A DNA stretch of 64,000 bases from an uncultured Chloroflexia bacterium (GCA_963720755.1 CAVRGP010000002.1:1-64000); one strand, 5' to 3'; counted from the stretch's first letter, positions 1 through 10,626 are shown. Translations and numbers: made by a program. The notes: generated by a model not told the origin, from the sequence alone.

Positions 1-16
1 CGCGTCTGACCGATAG

Positions 17-1114
17 CTAGTCGTTCTGACCCCGTTTGAACGCGGGGCGATCGCCGGAACCCGTCCGATCGCGCCATGTCCGATGGTCCACAAGGACCTC
101 GCGGTAGGCGAGCGCCGCGAGGAGGATCGCGGCGGCGTAGATCGGAAGTGGATGGGTCGTCGCGATCGGTGAAACCGCGACGACAGCGAATGCCGTCAGT
201 GGGGCCAGGACCGCCATCCCCGGCAGGGCGAGGGCGATCGGTAGCGCGCCATACGTGCCCGCGTACGGCGCCAACAACAGGCCCGACGTCACCGCCCAGG
301 TGAGCCCAGCTTCAGGGCCGCGTCTGAGCAGCACGAAGATCAGGCCGAGCACGACGACTGCGGCGATCGGAAGCCATAGAGCCGGGGCGATCGCAGTCAC
401 GCCGTGGTTGCCGGCGAATGGCGCCGCGTAGCGTGTGCCGGCGGCCAGGGCCCCCAACCACGCAAGGTACGTCGCTGGGCCGGCGGCGATCAGACCGACG
501 AGCGACGCCGTGACCCCGCCGACAACGGCGCCCGCGAACGTCGCGCGACGCCACACCAGCAACCACAGGAAGATCGGCAGAAGCAGGGGTTTGGCAAAGA
601 TCGCCGCCACGACTCCCAACAGGATCCCGTTTCGGGCTCGGGATGATCCCAGGACTGCCGGCATCGCGGCAGCGACCAGGACGACGTTCACATTGCCGAC
701 CATGACGTCGTGGAGAAACGGCAGACACAGGACCAGTCCGAGCATCGCCAGGACCCGCGGGCCTGGCCGCCACTGCTGCGTCAAACGGGCGACGCAAAGA
801 CCGGCGATCACGATCTTGGCGCTCGCGTAGGTGATGCTGACGACGTCGAACGGGAGTGGGGCAAGCGGTTCGCCGACCACCGCTGCCAACGGTGGATAGA
901 GGAAGCGGGGATCCGCATACGGGTCAGCGCCAGCCGTCAACCGGGCGCCGGCATCAAGGATCAGCCGCAGGTCGATCCCCCACCAACCGTCTGTGCCCCA
1001 GGCCTGCAGCACCCAGCCGAGGAATTCCCCCAGCCCGAAGACCGACACGAACATGATCGCCGCGAACCATGCGAGGCGGCGGCGAGGCGGCACTTCGGGC
1101 AACGTGACGTCCAT
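17..1114 (-). CDS. GT87/DUF2029-like GT-C membrane glycosyltransferase
   Basis: Multi-TM protein with DL..I..A..RL...DPY...FLYPP, GNVN and K-P motifs typical of GT87. Confidence 0.75.
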   Translation of the reverse strand: MDVTLPEVPPRRRLAWFAAIMFVSVFGLGEFLGWVLQAWGTDGWWGIDLRLILDAGARLTAGADPYADPRFLYPPLAAVVGEPLAPLPFDVVSITYASAKIVIAGLCVARLTQQWRPGPRVLAMLGLVLCLPFLHDVMVGNVNVVLVAAAMPAVLGSSRARNGILLGVVAAIFAKPLLLPIFLWLLVWRRATFAGAVVGGVTASLVGLIAAGPATYLAWLGALAAGTRYAAPFAGNHGVTAIAPALWLPIAAVVVLGLIFVLLRRGPEAGLTWAVTSGLLLAPYAGTYGALPIALALPGMAVLAPLTAFAVVAVSPIATTHPLPIYAAAILLAALAYREVLVDHRTWRDRTGSGDRPAFKRGQND

Positions 1115-1196
1115 CGGGCCGCCGAGCGTACTCCTTTGCTACGGGCGCCACGCTTGGACGTGGGTACACTCCGACCGAAACCCATGGCTAGCGGAA

Positions 1197-2075
1197 GTGA
1201 CCTTGACTGATGCGGCGGCGGCCGAACAGAACGAGATCGGGCTCGTCGTCTCCATGCGCGCCCTTGCTCGGCGACACGCGCGGACGGTTCGCGATGCCCT
1301 TGTCATCATCGGGATCCTTCGAGCCGCCTGGTATTTCGCCGTCCAGGGGGTTCGCCCGTGGGAATTCCTCGGCATCGATGCCCGTGCCTATTGGTCCGTC
1401 GATCTGGCCCATCCGTACGCGAACTCGGGCGTCGGCGTCATATCTACCTACCTCTATTCGCCAGCCTTCGCACAGGCGCTCGCGCCATTCAGCAACTTGC
1501 CGTTCTCCGTCTTCTTCGCCATCTGGACGGCGCTGGCCATCGCTGTCCTCGTCTGGCTCGTCCGTCCCTGGCCGTGGGCCCTCGGCATCTTCGCGTTGCC
1601 GATCCTCTACGAGTTGATGGTCGGGCAGGTGCATCTCTTCATCGCGGCGTCGATCGTCGTGGGTTTTCGCTACCCATCGGCATGGGCCTTCCCGATCCTG
1701 ACAAAGATCACCCCCGGTATCGGCCTACTTTGGTTCCCGATCCGGCGAGAGTGGCGGGCCTTGACCATCGCCGCCGGTTCGACACTCGCCATCGTGATCG
1801 TGTCGATCGCTCTGGGGCCGGGGGCGTGGGCGGACTGGATCACGTTCCTCACGTCCAGCACGGGCCGAGGTGACTGGCTCTACCTGCGGATCGGAGTGGG
1901 CATCGCACTCGTGTGCTTTGGCGCGATCACCAACCGCCGCTGGCTCGTCCCCGTGGCCGTGTGGATCGCGCTACCGGTCGTGTGGGTCGAGTCATGGGTG
2001 ATCCTTCTCGCCATCATCCGACTGCGCCCCGCGAGCATTCCGAGCGCGCCTTCAGCTGTCGAAACAGGATCCTGA
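1197..2075 (+). CDS. GT87/DUF2029-like GT-C glycosyltransferase (start uncertain, 1197-1254)
   Basis: DARAYW..YLYSPAF..GQVH..TKITPGIG motifs; hydrophobic. Confidence 0.75.
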   Translation: MTLTDAAAAEQNEIGLVVSMRALARRHARTVRDALVIIGILRAAWYFAVQGVRPWEFLGIDARAYWSVDLAHPYANSGVGVISTYLYSPAFAQALAPFSNLPFSVFFAIWTALAIAVLVWLVRPWPWALGIFALPILYELMVGQVHLFIAASIVVGFRYPSAWAFPILTKITPGIGLLWFPIRREWRALTIAAGSTLAIVIVSIALGPGAWADWITFLTSSTGRGDWLYLRIGVGIALVCFGAITNRRWLVPVAVWIALPVVWVESWVILLAIIRLRPASIPSAPSAVETGS

Positions 2076-2122
2076 CTTCCCGTCGTACCCATCCCGCCCC
2101 GGTGGGTCGTCCCGGTGCTCCC

Positions 2123-2845
2123 TCAACGGCGGCGGCGAAGCCTTGCCGCGAATGCCACCCAGTACCAGTGCAGGTAATGCGGGAGCCACTCGCGGAGTTT
2201 GAAGTTGCTCTGGCCGGCGGTCCGGTCGCGCCAGGTCGTCGGGACTTCGGCGATCCGGCGCCGGTCGATCGTCGCCTTGACGGTCAGCTCCAGGGCAAGC
2301 TCGAACCCGGCCGTGCTCTCGATCGTCACGGTGTCGAGGAAGTCGCGCGAATAGAGCTTGAAGTTGCTGGTCGGATCATGGGTCGGGACGCCGGCGAACC
2401 AGTGCAGAGTCAGTCCTGCGGTCCGGCTCATCAGGCGCTTGAGTGGTGGCCCACCGATCTGGTGGCCGCCACGCATGTAGCGCGACGCCGCGACGACCGC
2501 GGCGCCATCCCGCGCCAGCGAGACCATCGGATCGACGACGTGCGGCTCGTCCGATCCATCTGCCATGGAGATCAGCACCAACGGGGCCGTCGTGCCGTTG
2601 ATCCCCGCCTTCATCGCGTTGAGGACACCACGCCCGAGATCGTTGCGCAGTCCGCGGAGGCCCGGGATCTCACCGGACAGGCGAGCGATCACCGGGACCG
2701 TCGTATCACCGTCGAAGTCGTAGACGACGACCAGTTCGTGCGATGTCGCGACACCTGCGGACATCGCCCGCAGGACCGGTTCGACCGCCTCGCCCTCGTT
2801 GTAGACGGGCAGGATGATCGACAGTTCGACACCCGGTTCGGTCAT
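2123..2845 (-). CDS. GT2 polyprenol-phosphate sugar synthase (DPM1-like)
   Basis: LSIILPVYNE, MADGSD, ASRYMRGG, DPTSNFKLY; ATG overlaps upstream stop (ATGA). Confidence 0.85.
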   Translation of the reverse strand: MTEPGVELSIILPVYNEGEAVEPVLRAMSAGVATSHELVVVYDFDGDTTVPVIARLSGEIPGLRGLRNDLGRGVLNAMKAGINGTTAPLVLISMADGSDEPHVVDPMVSLARDGAAVVAASRYMRGGHQIGGPPLKRLMSRTAGLTLHWFAGVPTHDPTSNFKLYSRDFLDTVTIESTAGFELALELTVKATIDRRRIAEVPTTWRDRTAGQSNFKLREWLPHYLHWYWVAFAARLRRRR

Positions 2846-3498
2846 CGGCGGACGCCGACGAAGAGGGTCTGCTTGCCCATCACCCGCCAGGCCGGCGGAA
2901 ACGCCAGGTACGCCCTGACGAGCGACCGAGCGGCTGGCAGTCGCCCCTTGGTGGAATACGGCAGGAATCGGGTGACCAGGCGTTCCGTACCGATACCGGC
3001 CAGTTCGGCAGCTTCGAGCAGGCTCCGCTCGGTCAAGGCGACCCGATGATCGATGAAGTCCCAGTACCGCGGACCGACGAGACGGATGTTGGGCTGCAGG
3101 ATGACGACCCGCCCACCGATGACGAGCAGTTCTCGAACGACCTTGAGCTGCTCGATGACCGCGTCGGCGGACTCGAGGTGCTCGAGGTAGTTGCTCATGA
3201 AAACGGTCCCGAAGTGGGCCGTCGGCAGGACGGCGCCGAGGTCGAGTCCCGACGCCTGAACGAACCGGACGTCCTCGGGAAGCGCGGCACGCATGTCCCG
3301 GATATCGGTCGCCCATCGTTCGGAGGCGGTAGCCGAGCGGATGAAGTGGCCCCGATCGCAGGCGAGGTCGAGGAGCGGCAACGTGGGATCCACGTGTCGC
3401 GACAGGTACCGCACGATCTCGTCCCAGACCTCCTGCTTCGCGCGGACCTCGCGCTCATCGAACCGGGCGGCATACAGATCCTGCAGCGGATCGGTCAC
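2842..3498 (-). CDS. Class I SAM-dependent methyltransferase
   Basis: LLDLACDRG motif I, SNYLEHL; GTGA overlap with upstream gene. Confidence 0.8.
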   Translation of the reverse strand: MTDPLQDLYAARFDEREVRAKQEVWDEIVRYLSRHVDPTLPLLDLACDRGHFIRSATASERWATDIRDMRAALPEDVRFVQASGLDLGAVLPTAHFGTVFMSNYLEHLESADAVIEQLKVVRELLVIGGRVVILQPNIRLVGPRYWDFIDHRVALTERSLLEAAELAGIGTERLVTRFLPYSTKGRLPAARSLVRAYLAFPPAWRVMGKQTLFVGVRR

Positions 3499-4517
3499 AA
3501 GCGCCCGGCCTCCGACTCCACCTGGATCCAGGGGATGACCTCGTCGAGCATTTGATCGAGCGTCGTCGTCGCCTCGAAGCCGAGGACGTCGCGCGCCTTG
3601 CGGACATCCGGGACGCGGAGCTGGACGTCGTGCTCGAACGGCGGGTCGCTGACGAAGCGGAAAGGGGCGCCATCGGTGCGGGCTTTCGTCCAGATCGTCT
3701 CGGCCAGCTCCAGAACCATCGTCGAGGCGGCGGTGGAGAGGTTGAAATCGTTGTTGAGCGCAGCAGGCGATTCCATCGCCAGTCTGATCCCATGGGCGAG
3801 GTCGCCGCCGTAGGTGTAGTGGCGGACCTGGTCGCCCGACCCGAGGATGTGGAGCGGGTCCTGGCCCTTGAGCACCTTGACCACGAGGTCGGGCACGACG
3901 TGGCTGAGGGCGAGCTTCACGTTGCCGCTCATGATGTCCGTGTCGCGGACCGCCCGCCGCTCGCCGATGCCGACGCAATTGAACGGGCGAACGATCGTGT
4001 ATGGCAGCTTGAACTGCTCCCAGGCGCCCTTGGCGAAGTACTCGGACGCCAGCTTCTGGAAGCCGTAGGTCGACACGGGCGGAGGCGAGCTGAGCTGGGC
4101 GCCTTCCGGCGTCGGGAACGTCGTCGCCGACTCATAGACCATGGAGCTGCTGATGACGACGATCCGTTCGAGGTGGCCGTCGCGGTGGGCGGCGATCGCG
4201 CCGTCGAAGGTGGCCGCGAGGATCCGCTCGTTCTCGGCCAGCAGGTCGTACGCGAACTCGTGGAAGTAGCTGATCCCGCCGATCATCGCGGCGGCCGCGA
4301 CGACCTGGTCGCAGTCGGCGGCGAGCTCGCGGATGAGCGCGGCGTCCTTGGCATCACCCTCCACGAACCGATAGCGCGGATGATCGTCGTACGACTTGGT
4401 CAGGCGGCCGTATTTGCTGAAGTCGTCGAGCCCGATGACGTCGTGCCCGGCCTCCAGCAGTTCCGGCACGAGATAGCCGTTGATGAACCCGGCGGCACCG
4501 GTGACGAGGATTCGCAC
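3495..4517 (-). CDS. NAD-dependent epimerase/dehydratase (extended SDR, possibly UDP-uronate decarboxylase-like)
   Basis: TGAAGFI, SSSMVYE, YGFQK (YxxxK), RPFNCVG. Confidence 0.85.
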   Translation of the reverse strand: MRILVTGAAGFINGYLVPELLEAGHDVIGLDDFSKYGRLTKSYDDHPRYRFVEGDAKDAALIRELAADCDQVVAAAAMIGGISYFHEFAYDLLAENERILAATFDGAIAAHRDGHLERIVVISSSMVYESATTFPTPEGAQLSSPPPVSTYGFQKLASEYFAKGAWEQFKLPYTIVRPFNCVGIGERRAVRDTDIMSGNVKLALSHVVPDLVVKVLKGQDPLHILGSGDQVRHYTYGGDLAHGIRLAMESPAALNNDFNLSTAASTMVLELAETIWTKARTDGAPFRFVSDPPFEHDVQLRVPDVRKARDVLGFEATTTLDQMLDEVIPWIQVESEAGRL

Positions 4518-5722
4518 TAGAGTCGGATCCCTTCACCGAGGGCGCCCCAGACGTCGACGACGTCGAGGCCACCGATCTCGAGCTGGCGATAGGCCTTGTG
4601 GGGCGCGCCGAGGATGAGGATGTCGCTCTCCTTCAGGACGGACTCGAGGGGGACGAGGCGGTCGTCGACGACATACGGATCCGTGCACATGACCCGTGCG
4701 CCCGACCAGGCCAGGAGCTTGCGAAGCTTGTAGCTGAGCGAGGCGCGAGGATCGTCCGACTCTGACTTGAACGCCATGCCCAGGATGCCGACGGTCTTGC
4801 CACCGAGTCCGCCGTAGCGTCGCTCGAGGGCACCGACGATGTAGGCGGGCAGGCCCTCGTTGACCTGCATCGCGGCCTGACCGAGCGGGAAGTGATCGGC
4901 GGTGAACGCAGCCAGTTGCATCGTGTCCTTGAACAGGCATGGCCCGGCGGCGAAGCCCGGGCCCGGCAGGTCCGCGGCCCGCGGATAATCCTCGCGGATG
5001 GCGCCCAGGATGTTCCCGTAGTCCACCCCGGCCTGGTTCGCGATCATGAAGAACTGGTTGGCGACCGCGAACTTCATGTATCGCCAGGTGTTCGTGAAGA
5101 GCTTCGCCAGCTCGGCTTCCTTGGTCGTCGTCCGGATCGTCTTCTCGGCCAGGGTGCCGAACAACTCGGCCGCGCGCTCGGCCGCGACGTCGGTATCCGC
5201 GCCGACGATCTGGGGCAGTGAATGGAGCTCCTCGAGGGCATGGCCCTCGGCGATCCGTTCCGGGCAGAAGGCGACGTCGACGATGCAGCCGCGCTCCTCG
5301 AGGTGCTGGGCGACGTAGCCCGTCGTCCCCGGGTAGACCGTGCTGCGGAGCACGACGAGCGCGCCCTCGCGCAGGTGCGGCGCGATCTGGTCGACGGCCT
5401 TCTCGAAGATCGTCATCGATGGCCCCAGGAATTCGTCCACGGGCGTACCGATGACGACGACCAGGTGCATCGTTCGGGCGATCATCTCGCCGGTGGAGCC
5501 GAATGCGATCCGCCCGGTGGGCAGAAGCTCCTCCAGGAGTGCGTCGGCGCCCGTCTCGAGGAACGGCATCTGACCGGCCGAGATGCGGTCGAGAGTCGCC
5601 TGGTTGGTGTCGTAGATGCCGACGCGGAGACCAGCCTTTGCGAACGCGAGGCTCAGTGGCAGGCCGACGTGGCCACCGCCGCCGAGCACGACGACGTCAA
5701 GATCGGGGACGGTTTGGGTCAT
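4517..5722 (-). CDS. Nucleotide-sugar dehydrogenase (UDP-glucose/GDP-mannose dehydrogenase family)
   Basis: GGGGHVGLP, LRSTVYPGTT, CPERIAEG, GPCLFKD, GMAFK. Confidence 0.9.
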   Translation of the reverse strand: MTQTVPDLDVVVLGGGGHVGLPLSLAFAKAGLRVGIYDTNQATLDRISAGQMPFLETGADALLEELLPTGRIAFGSTGEMIARTMHLVVVIGTPVDEFLGPSMTIFEKAVDQIAPHLREGALVVLRSTVYPGTTGYVAQHLEERGCIVDVAFCPERIAEGHALEELHSLPQIVGADTDVAAERAAELFGTLAEKTIRTTTKEAELAKLFTNTWRYMKFAVANQFFMIANQAGVDYGNILGAIREDYPRAADLPGPGFAAGPCLFKDTMQLAAFTADHFPLGQAAMQVNEGLPAYIVGALERRYGGLGGKTVGILGMAFKSESDDPRASLSYKLRKLLAWSGARVMCTDPYVVDDRLVPLESVLKESDILILGAPHKAYRQLEIGGLDVVDVWGALGEGIRL

Positions 5723-5728
5723 GCTCGA

Positions 5729-5734
5729 ACTCTA
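5729..5734 (-). promoter_or_regulatory. -10 element (TAGAGT) of a putative leaderless transcript
   Basis: TANNNT 6 nt before ATG 5722, no SD. Confidence 0.6.
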
Positions 5735-5798
5735 GCAGCCCGGTGCCTCTCGACACCGCACCCTGAAGGTCCGGGCAGCGCCCTGGTACGCGCGGTCG

Positions 5799-7223
5799 TC
5801 AGTTGGCCGGTCGAGCGAAAACGGAGCCGTCATCATCGACGTGGACCCGGCGCCAACCTGCGGCATCGAGGCGGTCCGCGAACGCGGCGTCCTTCGCCGA
5901 GACCACTGCGAAGGCGACACCCCACTCGTCCAGCTGCGCCTGCCAGCCATCGACCCCGGCGATCACGCCTTCGTACGCATCCCAAACCTCTGCCGGGAAC
6001 ATCTCGATCCGCGAGTCGACGGCGACCGGCAGATCCGGATAGCTCGAATTCGAACCAGGAGCCCCACGGCTGGGGGTTGAAGACGTGATCGCCGGGTCGG
6101 GCAATGTCGCGCAGCGCCGCCGTGATGCCGGGTGGTGCCATCCCGACCACGCCCTGCGGAGCATCGAGATCCGGGTCGGCGGGGCGCCAGACAGGCAGCA
6201 AGGCGACGCCCACAACGGCCAGTACTCCGGCGACGACGATGTTGAGCCGCCGCATCAACGGTGTGCCAAGGGGCTCCTCCGCCGAATGGGAGCGCCGGAC
6301 GTGATCAGGACGCCAGCGATCGCGGCCACGGCACCGAGTGGCCACCAGGCGACACCGCGGACCGCATAGGCGCCGATGGCAAAGAAGAACCCGAGCCAGG
6401 CAAGAGTCGGCCAGGCGGTCGCGGTGCCGCGCCTGGCCAGCAAGGCGATCACCGCGATCACCGAACCGAAGAACAGCAGGCCGGGAAGGTCGTGGAGCGA
6501 GGTCGGCTGCCACTCGGTGATCCGCGCCGTCACCAGGCTGTTCGTGGAAAGTCCCACGGCGTACACCCAGACGGCGGGCCCGAACGGCGTGACGCACGCG
6601 GCGGCGACCGAGGCCAGTGCCACCGCCAGGGCAAGATGCGGCCGCGGCACCCGGTCGTGCAGATCTTCCAACCAGGCAAGCCCGAGCACCGCCGGTCCCA
6701 GGAAGAAGCTGCCGTGGATGTTCGCCCAGGCGAGGACGATGATCGGGATCGCCCACAGGCGCCCGGGATGGGCTCGCCGGTCCGTGACCAGCACGAGGAC
6801 GACGGCGAACAGGCCCATGCCGAGGAGCTGCGGTCGGAGACCGAGCGCGACGGCCGAGACGACGAAGGCCGCGAGTGACAGCAATGCCGCATCCCTGGCG
6901 ATGAGCCCTCGCCGGCGCCCGATCAGGTACAGGCAACCGAAGATCAGGCCGGTCAGGGCCGCCCGGAACAGGACCAGACCCGTCCACGAGCCGAGCTGGA
7001 AGACGGCGGCAAGGATGACCTGGGCACCCCACTGCTGGTCGGTCCAGGGCGCGCCGTAGGCCGTGAAGGTCCAGGTATCGGTCGTGGGCAGCCCGCCGCC
7101 AGCCAGCATCGAGGCGCCGGCCCGGAGGTGATAGGTCAGGTCCACGCTGGGCAGATTCGCGATGACCGCACCCAGCGCGGGCAGCCCGATGGCGAGGAAC
7201 GCCCAGAGTCTTGGCAGTGTCAC
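5799..7223 (-). CDS. GT-C-like multi-TM membrane protein (two apparent frameshifts)
   Basis: DLTYHL.AG, W.DQQW, LRPQ, WANIHGSF; continues through the frames of ORFs 5833..7032 and 5799..6215 (PWGSW, VDSRIE). Confidence 0.7.
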
Positions 7224-7229
7224 CCGCTG

Positions 7230-7235
7230 ATGCTA
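7230..7235 (-). promoter_or_regulatory. -10 element (TAGCAT), leaderless
   Basis: 6 nt before GTG 7223. Confidence 0.55.
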
Positions 7236-7283
7236 ACGATCGATGGTGCGTTTTCGCACCGGGTCATTGGTACCAGTGCGCGA

Positions 7284-8483
7284 TCAGACCGCGGCGGCGA
7301 CCTCTGAGGGACGCACGGCACGCGCTCCTTCGTCGTAGATGGACGCGACCGAGTTGACCATCAACTCGATGCAGAAGCGGTCGTGGACGAGGTCGTGGCC
7401 GGCGCGGCCGAGCATGTCCGCGTAGGAGTGATCGGTCAGGAGGCGGACGATCGCCGTGGTGAGTGCGTCGGGGTCGTGGGGCGGCACGAGGATCCCGGTG
7501 ACGCCGTCCTCGACCATCTCCGGGATGCCACCGACGTTGGACGCGACGACCGGGCGCGACAGGGCCATGGCCTCGAGGATCGTCAGCCCCTGGGCCTCGC
7601 GATAGGACGGCAGGACGGCGACATCGAGTGCCGCCGTGACCGCCGGCACGTCGTCACGACGCCCGGTGAACACGACGCGGTGGGCGACCCGCAGCTCCCG
7701 CGCTTGCGCCTCGAGGGCGTCGCGCCGGCTCCCCTCGCCGACGATCAACAGATACACATCTGGGACTGCCCGGACGATGGCCGGCCAGGCCTCGAGCAGG
7801 GTCGGGTGCCCTTTTTCGGGCTCCAGCCGAGCCACCACGCCGACGATCTGCGAGCCGGGCTCCATCCCGTACTCCTCGGGGAGGGTGCAGCACGGTTCCT
7901 GATGGTCGTAGCGCTGGAGGTCCACGCCGTTGTAGATGAGGCTCATCGGGACGATGTCCCGGCCCTCGGCGATGAGCTTGGCCTCGCTCGCCTTCGAGAC
8001 CGCGATGAGATGGTCGAACTGGGGGGTGAGCTCGAGCAGGGCGTGACGGTCCTCGTCGGAGCGGACCCGGCTCGAATGGGCGGTGGCCACGAGGTACGGC
8101 CGCCGCTGGCCAGCTTCCACGAGTGACATGACCGCTCGGGCCGCCACCGTCTCCGCGCGGAACATGTGGGCGTGGACGACATCGGCCCGGACTTCGGCCA
8201 GGTGGGCCGCGAGCGCGCCGACCGCGATCGAGTCATCCGGGGAGTCGATGACGAGGACCTCGACGCCCGCGCGCTGGAGCTTGCGCACGGCGCTGCCGGC
8301 GGACAGCGAGACCACGGATACGTCGTAGCGCGATGGGTCGAGCCGGCTGACGAGCGACATCAGGTGTTCCTGGGCGCCGCCGTTTGTGCCGGTCGCCAGC
8401 ACTTCGACCACGCGGATCCGGCTGGACACGGCCGGCCGGTCAAGCACCTCGAGGCACGACTCCCAGGGCAGCGGAGCACTCAT
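7284..8483 (-). CDS. GT4 (GT-B) glycosyltransferase
   Basis: GGAQ, VHAH, IYNGVD, VARL.PEKG, E.QGLTILEAMA, VGGIPE. Confidence 0.9.
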   Translation of the reverse strand: MSAPLPWESCLEVLDRPAVSSRIRVVEVLATGTNGGAQEHLMSLVSRLDPSRYDVSVVSLSAGSAVRKLQRAGVEVLVIDSPDDSIAVGALAAHLAEVRADVVHAHMFRAETVAARAVMSLVEAGQRRPYLVATAHSSRVRSDEDRHALLELTPQFDHLIAVSKASEAKLIAEGRDIVPMSLIYNGVDLQRYDHQEPCCTLPEEYGMEPGSQIVGVVARLEPEKGHPTLLEAWPAIVRAVPDVYLLIVGEGSRRDALEAQARELRVAHRVVFTGRRDDVPAVTAALDVAVLPSYREAQGLTILEAMALSRPVVASNVGGIPEMVEDGVTGILVPPHDPDALTTAIVRLLTDHSYADMLGRAGHDLVHDRFCIELMVNSVASIYDEGARAVRPSEVAAAV

Positions 8484-8484
8484 G

Positions 8485-9672
8485 TCAACCGTTCCTTCGT
8501 CGGACCAGCAGGCGTTGGATGGGTTCATCCACGGCGCCCCACTCATACTTGTACGGCTCGTCGCCACGAAGGAAGTCGAGCTGGCGGGTCCCGGACGCGA
8601 TCGCCCGGGCAACGTAGGCATGGACCATGACGACACCCGGCGACAATTCGCGGGCATCGGGATCGACACCTGCGTTGTAGTAGAGACACCGATCGCCCGC
8701 GTCGAAATGGATCCCTGCCGCGATCCGGCGGCCGCCGACGGTGAGGAACGTCAACCGAAGCGGACCGTCCGCCCCAGACAGCTCGAATAGGCGTCGGAAG
8801 AGCGTGCGGCTCTGGGCGCCACCCTCGGTGTTCGGGAACAAGCCGTTGACGCCCCAGCGCTTCTGGTGGAGGTCGATGAACGCGTCGAGGTCGGCCAGCG
8901 GGTCGATGGCGTCATCGAGCCGGACCTCGCCGACAGCTTCCGCTCGTCGGACCTTGCGCCGGATCTCGTGTCGCTCCTTCTTGCCGAGTGTCGCGAGGTA
9001 GCCGTCCATGTCCGTGTCGTCCGGCAACGTGACGACGGGGCAGACATCCTCGCGCTCCACGTCGAGCGTCCAGCCTTCCGCGATCTCGCGCGCCCCGAAC
9101 GCCGCTGCCAGCGCGTCCGCCGCTGGATCGCCGCAGCGAAGTCGACGGAGATCCACGACATCCCATAGGTGCCGGTCCATCTCGGCGACGTGGTCGGCCA
9201 GTGCATCGGCGACGGCCGGCAGGTCGGTGGGGGCCGCCAGGATCGTGGCGTAATCGGCGTGGTAGGAGGCGCCGAAGAAGAGCGCGGTCGCGCCCGGTGC
9301 GACGTGCGTCAGTTCGACCTCGGCGCCGTGGCGCATCGTCGTGTGGGTGCGCGCGTCGTCCGGCTCCACCTCGTGGCGGTGCATGAGCGGGACGATCGCG
9401 ACCGGGTCGGCGCCGGCGGGTGCGTCGGCCGGGACCAAGACCAGGGTCTCGTCCGAGACGTTCTCTCCGTAGGCGTCCCACCAGGCGCGCTGGAAGGCCC
9501 AACCGGAAAACGGGGTCGTCCAGGGGTTCCGTGCGGCGAGCGCATCCCAGGTACCGCGAGGGATGTCGTCGATGGATCGTCGCTCGGCGCGGAGGGAAGT
9601 GTCGGAAGCCGCGGCAACAGTCTGGTCAGCGCCTGGACAGGCAGGCTCCGCTGACACGGTCGGGGAGGTCAC
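8485..9672 (-). CDS. GNAT acyltransferase (CelD/BcsL, Acetyltransf_6-like)
   Basis: W..AWW, ADY, R.EIRRK.RR, YNAG.D...LSPG, DFLRGDEPYKY.W. Confidence 0.85.
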   Translation of the reverse strand: MTSPTVSAEPACPGADQTVAAASDTSLRAERRSIDDIPRGTWDALAARNPWTTPFSGWAFQRAWWDAYGENVSDETLVLVPADAPAGADPVAIVPLMHRHEVEPDDARTHTTMRHGAEVELTHVAPGATALFFGASYHADYATILAAPTDLPAVADALADHVAEMDRHLWDVVDLRRLRCGDPAADALAAAFGAREIAEGWTLDVEREDVCPVVTLPDDTDMDGYLATLGKKERHEIRRKVRRAEAVGEVRLDDAIDPLADLDAFIDLHQKRWGVNGLFPNTEGGAQSRTLFRRLFELSGADGPLRLTFLTVGGRRIAAGIHFDAGDRCLYYNAGVDPDARELSPGVVMVHAYVARAIASGTRQLDFLRGDEPYKYEWGAVDEPIQRLLVRRRNG

Positions 9673-9678
9673 GTCGTG

Positions 9679-9684
9679 ACTCTA
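9679..9684 (-). promoter_or_regulatory. -10 element (TAGAGT), leaderless
   Basis: 6 nt before GTG 9672. Confidence 0.6.
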
Positions 9685-9771
9685 CATCGACATCCGTTCC
9701 GTTGCGTCGGCAACGGTCTTGATGCGAACGTGCACGCGGTGGGACGAGTCGCGACAAGCGTTGGAATGGTC

Positions 9772-10626
9772 TCAGCCAACCGACGTCGCCGGTGGATCGG
9801 CTGGCTTGGGTTCCTTCACAGCCCCGATCCCATCCGGACCCGCAAACCAGATGGGAAACACCGCCGCCAGGACGGCGAAGCCAGCCAGGGATAGACCTGG
9901 ATTGGCTACCGTGATCGCCGCGACGAGCAAGAGTTCGCCAGTGCGCCGGCCGAGGACCCCTGCAACGACGGTCAACGCAAGGCCCGCGGCGGCGCGCGCG
10001 GCATACGGGACGGGGATGAGACTGTTCCCAACCATGCCTGCGCGACCGAGGACTGAGTCCAGCCACGCCTGCCAGAGTCCGGCATCCAGGGCGATGCTCG
10101 CCCCGACGATGGCGGCGCCGACCACGCATGCGACCGCCGCATCGCGCCACCGGCGACGAAGGACCAGATAGACGATGCCCAATCCAGGGCTCAACTTCAC
10201 GACCGAGGCGATCGCGAACAGGAAGGGCCATCGTCGCAATCCCAAGACGATCGCGACGGCGATGAATAGATGGACGTTCTCAAACCGGAGTTCGACCGCG
10301 ACCGGGATGAACGCGATCAAGGCCAGCATCGCGAGCATCGTGCGACCCGCGAGATCCCAGACCGCGAGCAGCAATAGGGCTCGGTACGCCACGATGTACG
10401 CGATGGTCGGAACAAAGATCGTCAAGGGGGCGAGCACTTGCGCGAGCGGCGGCGGGTAGTGGTACGCGTACGGCGCGAAGGCGGCGTCGCCGAGGACGTA
10501 GATGGGCTCGCCCTGAGCCAACCGGCTCCCGGCAAGCCAATAGGCGAGGTTGTCGTTCGGTTCCGCCCAGAAGATGACGACCACCACCGCCAGAAACGTG
10601 GCGCCCAGCGCCGCGACGCTGATCAA
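9772..10626 (-). CDS. GT87/DUF2029-like GT-C glycosyltransferase (start uncertain)
   Basis: DNLAYW.AG.RL..G.PIY, YHYPP, ENVH, KLSPG. Confidence 0.75.
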   Translation of the reverse strand: MISVAALGATFLAVVVVIFWAEPNDNLAYWLAGSRLAQGEPIYVLGDAAFAPYAYHYPPPLAQVLAPLTIFVPTIAYIVAYRALLLLAVWDLAGRTMLAMLALIAFIPVAVELRFENVHLFIAVAIVLGLRRWPFLFAIASVVKLSPGLGIVYLVLRRRWRDAAVACVVGAAIVGASIALDAGLWQAWLDSVLGRAGMVGNSLIPVPYAARAAAGLALTVVAGVLGRRTGELLLVAAITVANPGLSLAGFAVLAAVFPIWFAGPDGIGAVKEPKPADPPATSVG

